In this document: piece by piece, positions 21,717-31,634 of the stretch
How the letters are laid out: every line of letters begins with the position of its first letter
Position numbering within the stretch: position 1 is the first letter of the stretch
Source: Octopus vulgaris
Lineage: Eukaryota
Direction: 5' to 3'
Assembly: GCA_951406725.2 (NCBI GenBank)
Contig: OX597816.1
Location: 79,546,001 to 79,610,000 of the forward strand
DNA length: 64,000 bases
Notes under the pieces: model-generated
The model's database searches: none
Seen by the model: only the letters and a program-made list of their open reading frames with translations
What the model was told of the DNA's origin: nothing
Position numbers and translations under genes: made by a program

Positions 21717-23783
21717 ATTCATAACACACACACTCACAGTTAAATACATGCACATCATCATCATCATCATCATCATTGTTTAACGTTCGCCTTCCATACA
21801 GGCATGGGTTGGATAGTTTGACTGGGTACTGGTGAGCCAGATGGCTGCACCAGGCTCCAATCTGATCTAGCAGAGTTTCTACAGCTGGATGCCAACCACT
21901 CTGATAATGTAGTTGGTACTTTTACGTGCCACCAGCACGAGGGCCAGTCAGGCAGTACTGGCAACGGTCATGCTCATATGGTGTATTTACATGTCACTTG
22001 CACAGGAGCCAGTCCAGCGGCACTGGCAACACCCTCGCTCGAATGTTGTTTTTTATGTACCACCGGCACAAGTGCCAGTAACGATCACGCTTGAATGGTG
22101 CTTTTTATGTGCCACCGGCATGGTGGCCAGTCAGCTCTTAGCGTTCCACTATCATGGATGCCAGTGATGCGGTGCTGTCATCGAATTTGATTTCGATTTC
22201 ACTTGCCCCAACAGGTCTCGCACAAACACACACTCACTCACACATATATAGGTATGTATGTGTATCATCATCATCATCATTTAGCGTCCGCTTTCCATGC
22301 TGGCATGGGTTGGACGGTTCGACTGGGGTCTGGGAAGCCAGAAGGCTGCACCAGGCCCAGTCTGATCTGGCAATGTTTCTATGGCTGGATGCCCTTCCTA
22401 ACGCCAACCACTCCATGAGTGTAGTGGGTGATCGTTTCCAGAGCAACAAGCTGGCCTCTGTGCCGATGGCACATAAAAAACACCATTCGAGTGTGATCGT
22501 TACCTGCGTGACCTTACTGGCACTTGTGCTGGTGGCATGTGAAAAAACATTCGAGCGAGGTCATTGCCAGTGCCGCTGGACTTGGATCCTGTGCAGGAGG
22601 CACATAAAATGCACCATTTGAATGTGGCACGTAAAAGCACCCACTATACTCTCGGAGCGGTTGGCATTAGGAAGAGCATCCAGCTGTAGAAACTCTGCCA
22701 GGTCAGATTGGAGTCTGGTGCAGCCACCTGGTTTGCCAGACCTCATTCAAATCATCCAACCCATGCTAGCATGGAAAGCGGACATTAAACGATAATGATG
22801 ATGATGCATTGTATAAGTATACAAATGCACAAAAACAATAGACACATTTATATAACCCAAGGTAAATACACACCATATAATAACAAAGACATTTTTAGCA
22901 TAGTGGAGAGGATTGAAGATGGGAGACCAAATTAGATGTCTTTAAGGCGTTTATCAAGGTAATTTTTCCCACCTCGACCAGCAGCTAGTCTCTTCGCGAT
23001 AATCAAATGTCTTCAGAGAGAACAGATGGGCAAACTTATAGCCAATAGAGTTTTCTTAATGTATGAAAATTATAGGTATATTTCTAATTTATATTTCAAT
23101 TTTGTAATCTTCATGTAAACATTTAATCTCTTATATCAATGTTAGGATCTTCGAAAAGTTGTTTTAACCATAGCAGAATTTCTTGGCAAGAAGATTTCAG
23201 ACCAACTTGCTCTGGAAATTGCAGATATGTGTTCGTTTGACAAAATGAAAAAAGAAAAGAAAGTAGTTAAAGAAGATCTACTGAAAGTTACGTTCAAGGA
23301 AAATTGTAGCTTTTATCGGTCTGGTAAGTTAAATATTTCAGTTTTCTAATACCCTTCAATTATTTTAAAGTCATGTTTCTTTGTATAGGCACATATATGT
23401 TATCAGCACTGTAATATTGGAATATAAATAATAAATAATATTTCCAGTCAAACCAGGAAAAAAGCCAATAGTAGCAACATAAAGAAGAGGAAACTGTTCA
23501 TCGGAACACAGTGATCCTGATGAGATAGATATTTTAATTAATATACAACAAGAAGTAATTTGCAGCTAGATGTTTGTGAGCCATTTCCAATTCCTGTAGA
23601 ATTTTAATTTTCATTGAATTTACATCATACAATAGTTAATAAATTCTTTTATCTTCCGTTTACTTATTGTTCACAGGAAAAGTTTCCACTTGGAAGGAAT
23701 GGTTAACTGTGGACCAAAGTGAACGACTGGATTCACGGATACAGTCTGAACTCATTGATCAAGAAATTATTTTGAATATTTAA
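10837..23783 (+). CDS. Cytosolic sulfotransferase (Sulfotransfer_1 family, SULT1-like), 5 exons, 299 aa
   Basis: join(10837-11035,16839-17156,18327-18424,23146-23323,23677-23783) = 900 nt, all introns GT-AG, frame intact. Motifs: LRDDDIFICAYPTAGTHW (5'-PSB), SPRVLNSHF (catalytic His), ARNPKAVAVSYY (3'-PB), TYED, CSFDKMK, YRSGKVSTWKEW. Confidence 0.93.
11438..12169. mobile_element. Foldback/MITE with long TIRs and internal telomere-like (TTAGGG) repeats
   Basis: GGATCT...AGATCC termini; 11438-12077 is a ~640 bp imperfect palindrome with CCCTAA in the left arm and TTAGGG in the right arm. An extra terminal copy extends to 12169. Related arm at ~40505-40840. Confidence 0.75.
12691..15546 (+). 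CDS. LINE ORF: N-truncated AP endonuclease + reverse transcriptase with internal PHD finger
   Basis: ORF track 12679..15546; first ATG at 12691 lies in flanking DNA, and LINE homology starts at ~12740. Confidence 0.85.
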   Translation: MPVLLIYPSLQFSFLKYKVIEVIRVCDRILKIRLVLHHSLATIISAYAPQSGLPDGQKDRFYDTLLQTTSLTNDRDLIFVAGDFNGHVGRHAGDFHGVHGGYGYGSRNEEGTRLLEFCDANNLMICNTNFRKPTSHLVTYQSGQHTSQIDYILTRQRERWLLINAKTFPGEECTPQHRLVVSDFRIRTRRTTRRRQIWRRRIWKLKDPANGQRFRDILLEASDEVEGDRASQGVEDSWTFLRDNLLRATDQICGWCKVPSRPRITWWWNNIVDRAIREKRQAWKVWKNGGSRGLYQTAKREARRQVYLARGEADKKKFANILRREDQRLEVFRVARQCVRENRDVVGEKCVRMEDGSLALNEDAKREVWRCHYERLLNEENEWDKESLPNVDPTEGPAIRVDSSVVAKAIRSMKTGKAPGPSGITAEMLKMSGSVGYSLVTRIVNQVIHKGVIPNDWCSSIIVNCYKGKGDALDTNNYRGIKLLDQVMKVTERVIAQLIRERVSLDEMQFGFVPGKSTTDAIFLVRQLQEKYLAKDKPLYLAFVDMEKAFDRVPRSLIWWAMRKLGIDEWLVRAVRAMYRDAASRVRVGNVYSEEFRVEVGVHQGSVLSPLLFIIVLQAITEEFKTGCPWELLYADDLALIAESLSELEEKFQVWKQGLESKGLRVNLAKTKVVISRKVDKLQTPSGRWPCSICRKGVGRNSIRCTKCKLWTHKRCSNVKGRLTRKMVFVCGRCSGTINTENALRPTSVTFQGEKLEIVDSFRYLGDQVSSGGGCAESVTARVRIAWAKFRELLPLLVTKGLSHRVKGRLYDACVRTAMLHGSETWAVTAEDMRKLARNEASMLRWTCNAGTHTRQSVSTLREKLDLRSISCGVQERRLRWYGHVARMDEDSCVKKCHTLAVEGTCGRGRPRKTWDEVVKHDLRTLGLTEEMTRDRDLWKCAVREKTRQDK
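12740..16136 (+). mobile_element. Young 5'-truncated RTE-like LINE in SULT intron 1
   Basis: Uninterrupted ORF with APE (YAP, GDFNGH, IDYIL), RT (KAPGPSG, DMEKAFD, QGSVLSP, YADD, FRYLG) and C-terminal RRLRWYGHV/GRGRPRKTW; modular 3' UTR; (GAT)n tail. Confidence 0.96.
16497..16806 (-). mobile_element. Composite SINE repeat (also at ~45925-46272, 48800-49205, 44090-44395)
   Basis: Shared blocks gtcatttgactgcgg.catgctgg, aagcctagtacttattctat.ggtctcttttgccgaac and gggcttctttcagtttccgtctaccaaatccac. Confidence 0.75.
16839..17156 (+). CDS. Sulfotransferase exon 2
   Basis: ctacag|GT ACA CAT TGG...KGD G|gtaaat; contains PRVLNSH and RNPKAVAVS. Confidence 0.93.
18327..18424 (+). CDS. Sulfotransferase exon 3
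   Basis: ttgcag|(V)PTGDYFKYTKQWW...VTYEDASE|gtaaat. Confidence 0.9.
18581..19646 (+). mobile_element. Composite non-autonomous Helitron with three 5' TC termini and one 3' CTAG end
   Basis: a|TCtatatatataaaactcaacttgtgtgtctg at 18581 and 19162; a|TCtatatatataacgctgaagttgtctgtg at 19256; 3' end cccaagcaacaccagatgatactgCTAG|t at 19646. Confidence 0.7.
19687..20004 (-). mobile_element. RTE LINE 3'-tail fragment
   Basis: (CAT)n followed by the reverse complement of the 15960-16136 tail. Confidence 0.85.
20834..21334. mobile_element. Tc1/mariner-superfamily MITE (CCGTA termini, TA TSD)
   Basis: ta|ccgtaaatcctcgagtatagtcc ... ggattatacttgaggatttacag|ta. Confidence 0.8.
21475..21689. repeat. Perfect 34-bp inverted repeat pair enclosing ~147 bp
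   Basis: tatattgagggcattactatacataaatgccaca (21475-21508) vs its reverse complement (21656-21689). Confidence 0.85.
21753..22215 (-). mobile_element. RTE LINE 3' UTR/tail fragment
   Basis: (CAT)n, tail sequence and several GGTGCTTTTTAYGTGCCACC modules. Confidence 0.85.
22265..22806. mobile_element. Inverted pair of RTE 3'-tail fragments (minus 22265-22430, plus ~22431-22806)
   Basis: (CAT)n at the left end and (GAT)n at the right end, with mutually complementary tail sequences. Confidence 0.85.
23146..23323 (+). CDS. Sulfotransferase exon 4
   Basis: gttag|DLRKVVLTIAEFLGK...CSFDKMK...FYRS G|gtaagt. Confidence 0.92.
23677..23783 (+). CDS. Sulfotransferase exon 5 (stop)
   Basis: tcacag|(G)KVSTWKEWLTVDQSERLD...ILNI TAA; AATAAA at 23863. 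Confidence 0.92.
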
Positions 23784-23810
23784 GAATCCTTCCTCTCTCA
23801 AAGACAACAA

Positions 23811-23851
<41 letters not shown>

Positions 23852-23970
23852 ACAACAACAATAATAAAGCATCAAAGCAAATAAACCAAATATTGTTGTG
23901 AAAGATCAAAACAATTAAGTATGTTTATTGATTGACATGAGCATACCCTGTGACCATAATATCTTGGCAA

Positions 23971-24345
23971 GGGGATGTGCAATGGTCCAGTGGTTAGGGC
24001 AGTGGACTCATGATTATAGGATTGCAGTTTCGATTCCCAGACTGGGTGTTGTGAGTGTTTATTGAACAAAAACACCCAAATCTCCATGAGGCTTCAGCAG
24101 GGGATGGTGGCAAACCCTGATGTATTCTTTCACCACAACTTTCTCTCACTCTTCCTTCCTGTTTCTGCTGTACCTGTATTTCAAAGGGTCAGCCTTGTCA
24201 CACTCTGTGTCATGCTGAATCTCCCCCAGAACTATGTTAAGGGTACACGTGTCTGTGGAGTGCTCAGCCACTTGCACATTAATTTCACGAACAGGCTGTT
24301 CCGTTGATTGGATCAACTAGAACCCTTATTGTTCTAACCAACAGA
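23971..24345 (+). mobile_element. tRNA-derived SINE
   Basis: A box tggtccagtgg and B box gtttcgattcc; body shared with 395-700. Confidence 0.75.
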
Positions 24346-24350
24346 GTACC

Positions 24351-24850
24351 ATGAATATCTCGGCAAAAGAATTTAATAAGCTCAGAAAATATAAAGATTT
24401 GCTAATCGAAATTGAAAAGATGTGGCATTTCAAGACGGTTACAATACCAGTGATTGTAGGAACAATTAGAATGCTCAAAAAAGGAACTGAAAATTATTTA
24501 AGAATGGTCCCTGGGTTACCATCCATGCAGGAAATGCAAAAGATTGTCTTAACTGGTACATCACACGTACTGTGAAGAGTATTATTGCTGTGAATTTTCT
24601 TTCCTTCTTCCCCATTTATTTTATTTGTTTACTATTTTCTTTTTTCTTTGTTTTCTCCTTTTTCTCTATCACATGACTTTGTGACAGTCTGGTGTGCTTC
24701 TTTTAATGGAATACCAATGTATACAGTACGTTTCTCTGCCTTAGGCGTCAGTAAGACACTCAGCAAGGAATGGAAATAGAATTGAAAGAAGATGCTAATG
24801 AAAATAGTGATGATAATAATAATAAATAATAATAATAATAATAATAATAA
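24351..24850 (+). mobile_element. 3' fragment of an R4/Dong-like (RLE-type) non-LTR retrotransposon with (AAT)n tail
   Basis: KEFNKLRKYKDLLIEIEKMWHFKTVTIPVIVG...QKIVLTGTSHVL, typical of the C-terminus after the RLE domain. Confidence 0.75.
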
Positions 24851-25151
24851 TACAAAGACCTGGAAATAGAGGTAACCAGAATGTGGAATCTAAAAACAGA
24901 AACAATTCCTATCATAATAGGTGCATTAGACATGATAAAAAAATATTCAGACAAATACATAACAAAAACACCAGGACTTACAAACACATATAACATACAG
25001 AAAATTGCACTACTAGGCACTGCACACATCCTACGCAGAACACTTTCCATACAATAACCATCAGAGCATCACAACAAATCACAGCACATACCCAAGGCAC
25101 ACAGAGCTGTGCTCGGTAGTGAAGTGAAAGCACGCTATAAAAAATATACTA

Positions 25152-25187
<36 letters not shown>

Positions 25188-25188
25188 T
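24851..25188 (+). mobile_element. Second R4/Dong-like 3' fragment embedded in (TAA)n
   Basis: YKDLEIEVTRMWNLKTETIPIIIGAL...QKIALLGTAHILRRTLSIQ*, flanked on both sides by (AAT)n. Confidence 0.8.
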
Positions 25189-25381
25189 TATTCATGGTTA
25201 TCTATCCAGAAAAAATGAGCGATGGACAGATAACAATAAAATGAACAAAACCCACAATATGTGCTATAGAAGACTGATTTTTAACAGAAGAACACAACCT
25301 GCACTGCACAAACAACACACAATACAAAAACTAATACAACAGAAGACTCAACCCAAACCCCATAACAAAACACACATGTCA

Positions 25382-27423
25382 TTATCATCATCATCATCAT
25401 CATCATCATTTAGCGTCTGCTTTCCATGCTAGCATGGGTTGGACGGTTCAACTGGGGTCTGTGAAACCAGAAGGATGCATCAGGCCCAGTCTGATCTGGC
25501 AGTGTTTCTACGGCTGGATGCCCTTCCTAATGCCAACCACTCCGTGAGTGTAGTGGGTGCTTTTTACGTGCCACCCGCACAGGTGCCAGACGGAGCTGGC
25601 AAATGGCCACGAACGGATGGTGCTTTTTACGTGTCACTAGCACGGGGGCCAGGCGTGGCTGGCAACGGCCATGAATGGATGGTGCTTTTTACGTGCCACC
25701 GGCACGAGGCCAGTCGATGTGGCGCTGACAACGGCCACGAACGGATTGTGGTGCCAGACGAGTCTGGCAAACGGCCACAAACAGATGGTGCTTTTTACGT
25801 GCCACCGGCATGAGGCCAGTCGGTGCGGCGCTGGCAATGGCCACGAACGGATGGTGCTTTTTACGTGCCACCGGCACGAGGGCCAGGCGTGGCTGGCAAC
25901 GGCCACGAACGGATGGTGCTTTTTACATGCCACCGGCACGAGGCCAGTCGGGGCGGCGCTGGCAACGGCCACATTCGGATGGATCTCTTACGTGCCACCA
26001 GCACTGGTAACTCAGCTGCAATTTCCATTGATCGATTTCAATTCTGATTCACACTTGCCTCAACAGGTCTTCACAAGTAGAGTTTTGTGTCCCAAGAAGG
26101 GAAGGTATGCATAAGTGGGCTGACTACATCCCATGTAGAAGGCCACGGGTTATGGTCTCACTTGTCCTGCCAGGTCTTCTCGCGCACAGCATACTTCCAG
26201 AGGTCTCGGTCTCTAGTCATTTCCTCAGTGAGACCTAAAGTTCGAAGGTTGTGCTTCACCACCTCATCCCAGGTTTTCCTGGGTCTGCCTCTTCCACAGG
26301 TTCCCTCAACCGCTAGGGTGTGGCACTTTTTCACACAACTATCTTCATCCATTCTCGCCACATGTCCATACCAGCGCAAACGTCTCTCTTACACACCACA
26401 TCTGATGCTTCTTAGGTCCAGCTTTTCTCTCAAGGTACTTACACTCTGTCGAGTATGAGTACTGACATTACACATCCATCGGAGCATACTGGCTTCATTT
26501 CTTGCGAGCTTACGCATATCCTCAGCAGTCATGGCCCATTTTTCACTGCCATGTAGCATGGCTGTTCGTACACACGCGTCATACAGTCTGCCTTTTACTC
26601 TGAGCGAGAGGCCTTTTGTCACCAGCAGAGGTAAGAGCTCTCTGAACTTTGCCCAAGCTATTCTTATTCTAGCAGTTACACTTTCAGCACACCCGCCCCC
26701 GCTGCTGACTTGGTCACCTAGATAATGGAAGCTATCAACTATTTCTAGTTTTTCTCCCTGGAAAGTGACAGAAGTTGGTCTCAGAGCATTTTCAGTGTTT
26801 ATTGTTCCTGAGCATCTGCCACATACAAAAACCATCTTCCTAGTTAGCCTTCCTTTGACATTGCTGCACCTCTTATGTGTCCATAGCTTACACTTGGTGC
26901 ATCTTATAGAGTTTCTACCTACACCTTTTGTACAGATCGAGCAGGGCCATCTACCTGAAGGCGTTTGTGATTTGTCTACCCTCCTACTTATTACGACTTT
27001 GGTTTTAGCTAGATTGACTCTAAGGCCCTTCAATTCTAATCCTTGCTTCCACACCTGAAACTTCTCCTCCAGTTCTGATAGTGACTCAGCAATTAGAGCA
27101 AGGTCATCAGCATAGAGGAGCTCCCAAGGGCATCCTGTCTTGAATTCCTCCATTATTGCCTGGAGGACTATGATAAATAGGAGGGGGCTGAGGACTGAGC
27201 CTTGGTGGACCCCTACCTCTACCCGGAATTCTTCACTGTACTCATTGCCAACCCTCACCTTACTAGCAGCGTCCCTGTACATGGCTCGCACAGCTCTCAC
27301 TAACCATTCATCTATCCCTAGTTTCCTCATTGACCACCAGATAAGGGATCGGGGGACCCTGTCGAAGGCTTTCTCCATGTCAACAAAAGCCAGGTACAGG
27401 GGCTTATCTTTGGCTAGGTATTT
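25382..27423 (-). mobile_element. 5'-truncated RTE-like LINE (PHD-RT family), near-identical to the 12740-16136 copy
   Basis: ORF 26389..27507 (KYLAKDKPLYLAFVDMEKAFD...YADD...PHD...) with one premature stop; expanded modular 3' UTR; (CAT)n tail. Confidence 0.95.
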
Positions 27424-27759
27424 GTCCCTTTCCTTATTGGTAATGTATAATACAATATTCCCCTGAAGGACAAAAAAAAAAAAAACAGAATGCAGTACAC
27501 ACTTCACCAGCTCAGAAGTGAAGCCAGTGATGCAGTAGAAAGTTACTTGAAACTATCAGATGTCAAATCATAATCGTAGTGGTAATGATGATGGTGATGA
27601 ATGTTACCATACCTCAGTTTATGAGAGATGAGTTTGTGTAGAAACTCTGATTGTAATAGCAAAAATTAGGTTAGACCTTTAAGAAAGACATCTCACCCAG
27701 TAATGGTTCAGTAAAGATGCAGACTGACCACAGCTGTTACTTTGAGAGAGCATCAGCAG

Positions 27760-29945
27760 ATAATAGAGTAAGGGGGAGGAATTGGACCAGCAAGGAAAAC
27801 AAGATAGTGATGCAGTGCTACTTAGAAAGTGAACTTAAAAAAAGGGGTTATAGAAAACATGTCAACACTTTGGGTGGAGAAGGGTATGTTTAAAGTGACA
27901 AGTAGATGAAGCTAATGCTATTTAGAATGGATGATAGAATTGAAGGTTAAAGAGATCACAAGAGGACTGGAAAAGAAAGACCAGGCAGTAGGAAACACAA
28001 ACAACAACATAAGAGATACAGTTCAAATCAAAGAAGAATCTAAAGGAAAAAACAATAATAACATTACCAATAAGGAAAGGGACAAATGGTACCAGCAATT
28101 TAAGTGAAAGATCAGAAAATTGAAGATCAGAAAATTTTATCAGAGCTTTCCAGATATCAGGAAGAAGAAAATTTTAAACAATAGAAACAATAGGGCAGTA
28201 TCAACAGAACAGATTATTTGAGACAGACCAGAGGAGCTTTTATAACCAACTATATAGTGGAGATAAGAAACAAAGCAGAAGAAGCTAGAAATTTTTGGAG
28301 TAATATTTAGGATAAGCCAGTCAATCATAATGGAGATCCAGTATGGTTAAAGAAAGTGAGCGAGAAGCATCAAGATCTAAGATTAACTAGAGCATTGATG
28401 AGTAAAATATTAAGAAAAACGCTGAACTGGAAGGGCCCAGGACCAGATTTAGTTCAAGGGTACTTGTTAAAGAAATTTAGTAGTTTACATGGGAGACTGA
28501 GGGAACAACTCCGGGATTGCTTTAATGGGGAAAAATACCAGATTGGATAACTAGAGGGAGAACAATACTCCTTATGAAAGACAAAAGCAAGGGTAATGCA
28601 GCTAGCAATTATAAACTAATCACTTGCTTACCATTAGTGTGGAAGAGCATCAAGATCTAAGATTAACTAGAGCATTGATGAGTAAAATATTAAGAAAAAC
28701 GCTGAACTGGAAGGGCCCAGGACCAGATTTACTGCAAGAAGAACAGAAAGATTTGCAGGAAGAAGGCTAGAGGAAGTCATGATCTATTATACATAAACAA
28801 AGCATTTCTAAATGAAGTAAAAGCTAGAAAGAAAAATCTAGCAATAACCATGGATTGATTATAGGAAAGCCTATGACATGATCCCACACTCATGGATAAG
28901 TGAATGTTTGAGTATATTCAGTATAACAGACAACATAAGAGAAGTTTAGCATGAAGAAATGGAAAGTAGATCTCTACTAAGGTGACGCAGTTTTAGGGAA
29001 AGTTAATATCAAGGGAGGAATTATCCCCTTTCATATTTATGTTATGCTTGATCACCCTCAGTTTAATATTAAGGAAGGCCAAGGTAGGGTTCAGAAATAG
29101 TAAGGGAGAAATTAACTGTTTGCTCTAGATAGATGATCTGAAGCTTTTTAGTAAGAATGAAAAAGAGATAGATTCCTTAATACAGACTGTGAGACTCTTC
29201 AGCAAAGATATAGGCATGAAATTTGGCATAAATAAATGTGCAATATTAGTTATGAAAGAAGTACTGTAGTCAACAGTGAAGGCCTCCAGTTAACAGATAG
29301 CCAGGCATTAAAATCATTGAAAGAAGGAGAGAGTTATAAGTATCTAGGAGTATTAGAATCTGACAGAATACTAACAATAGAAATGAAAATGAAAATTGAG
29401 GAGTACACGGAAGGTAATGAAGTCAAAGCTAAATGGTCCGAATCTAGTGAAGGCTGTAACTACTTGTGTAGTATCATTACTTCGATACTCAGCAGCTTTT
29501 GTAGATTGGACAAAAAACTGAATTAGCAAAGCTACACAGAAGAATTAGGAAGGAATTCAATATGAATGGAGGACTCCACCCAAGGGCAGGTGTAGCAAGA
29601 TTATACTTACCTAGAAAAGGTGGAAGAAGGCTAATATCAGTAGAAGACTGCATGAAGTTAGCTTGAGTAGATATAGATTCTTATGTAGGTAATAGTGAAG
29701 AAAGTTTATTAAGAGCTGCTAGAGTCACAGCAAAACATAGGGAAACCAAAGACCCAAATGAAGTTAAAAACCAGATAAAAAGAACATAAATTATCTGACT
29801 AGCAGGAGAAGGCATTGCATGGTAGATTCTCAAAGATAGTTGCAGCAAATAGTAGTAGTGAGACATGGTTATGGTAGCAGAAAGGAAAGATGAAAATGGA
29901 GACAGTTTGTTAGTAGTAACATTGGATAAAAGCCAAGATAGACAA
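27760..29945 (+). mobile_element. Degenerate R4/Dong-like non-LTR retrotransposon (RT region)
   Basis: WTSKENKIVMQCYL, NWKGPGPDLVQGYLLKKF, WIDYRKAYDMIPHSWI, DDLKLFSKN, GMKFGINKCAIL, YKYLGVLES, ARLYLPRKGG; many stops and frameshifts. Confidence 0.85.
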
Positions 29946-30602
29946 GTTTGATTATTTTTTTACCTAATCAGAAAACAGGATTTGGTTGCTGGGATTTCCT
30001 GCGGAGTTGCTGTCTACTCCAACATGAGACAAACCATTATTAGTTTGTGTAAACAATATTTTGTAGCAAAAAATTAAAAATGAAAGACACACTCTTGGAG
30101 TTTGTCAAGCAAATAGCAATTTTTGTATCTCCTATCACAAACCCAGTGTTCAGGTGGTGCTCTTCCTTGGTTGTATTTACGTCTTGAGAAGACTGTTTTG
30201 TCTATCTCAGCAATGTTTCCATAGCAGACAATGCCTTAGCTTGTTACATTAAATTGGGCACAAATATGTTTGTGCCTTTCGATTGGCTAAATTTACCCAA
30301 AATTTGCGAACTGTAAATGTTAGTAACTTATTTGATTTATTACAAAAATGAACTTCCTTTTCATAATTAGCATACAAAACTACATCAATATACCAAATTT
30401 GAAATTAATTGGAACAAAATTAAAGGAATTGAAAAGTAAGGACCAAATAGAAAAGATCCAAAATATGTATTGGGGTTGATTCGTTTGATTAATACTTCTT
30501 CAAGGTGGTACCCCAGTATGGCCACAGTCTAATGACTAAAACAAATAAAAGATAAAAGAAAAGTTTTATATATATATATATTGACACAAACATATATATA
30601 TA

Positions 30603-30832
30603 TATTTCGGTCATATTATGCGGAGAAAATCCCTGGAGAAGGACATCATGCTCAGAATGATCAGTGGCAAGAGAGGAAGAGGCTGACCAAGAATCCGCTG
30701 GCTTGACACCATCAAGAGTGATACTGGAATGGACATAGCCAATCTGAAAGAAGCGGCCCAGGATAGAACTGACTGGAGGACACTGATCCAACGAGTAACC
30801 GAGAGTCGACTTCGACTGAGTGGATAGATAGA
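30603..30832 (+). mobile_element. RTE/BovB-like LINE 3' end fragment
   Basis: YFGHIMRRKSLEKDIML...GKRGRG.PRIRWLDTIK...QDRTDWRTLIQRVTESR, followed by a (GATA) tail. Confidence 0.8.
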
Positions 30833-31599
30833 TATATATATATATATGCATGCCTGTATATATGGGTGTATCTATGTACATATGTGTATGCAAGGAGGTT
30901 ATAAATTGGCAGTGACATGAAAGCGTCGGTTAAATGTTTTGAGGTATTCCTTCTGATTCTATTTTCTGAGTTTAAAATCTTGCAGTGGTTAAATTAGCAT
31001 TTCATCATTTCAAGGTCAGTGAATTGCAGGAAGTGTAAGAGCAATGGATGATATGCTTTAGTCTATCTCTTCCAGCCTTCTACGTTTTGAATTCCAGGAC
31101 CCACTCCATGTGTAGCTTCTCAAATAAAAAAAAAACACTACCAGAACTCAGACATATTTAAATCCACGGACGCATACATGTAAATAAACACACAGACACA
31201 CACACATACACACTAGTGCATGCACACAGAGGCAAACAAACAAACACTCTGACATATATGAACAGATGATTTGTTCCTCATCGTTCAATGATTGAGGATT
31301 CTGTTGTTCAGTCACTTGAATTATCTGTTTCTGGATTAACATAGCAACAGCTGAACAGTCTACAAATACTCAAGCAGTGTGACACAGTGTATAACAAGAT
31401 CGCATCTGTTTGAATTTCAAGTAAAATCCATCCAATCTACAGGCTTCTGTAGAGTTTCTATGCATCTAATTTCATCCACAAAGAATGGATTACATTGTGT
31501 GTGTGGAAAAATGACATTTGACGAAGAATTTATGCAGTGTGATCAAAACGGGATCTTATAGTTTTGTAGTGACTCTCAACTATTTGGCCATAATGTAAT

Positions 31600-31634
<35 letters not shown>

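Noticed and set aside
23971-24050. Possible tRNA gene
   Set aside because: A and B boxes are present but I could not form a complete cloverleaf, and the sequence continues into a SINE body.
25550-26010. CRISPR-like repeat-spacer appearance of the GGTGCTTTTTACGTGCCACC array
   Set aside because: The linkers are homologous to one another, the array lies in a LINE 3' UTR, the context is eukaryotic and there are no cas genes.
27424-27507. Apparent novel N-terminus of ORF 26389..27507
   Set aside because: Chance read-through into flanking DNA beyond the LINE truncation point; non-ATG start.
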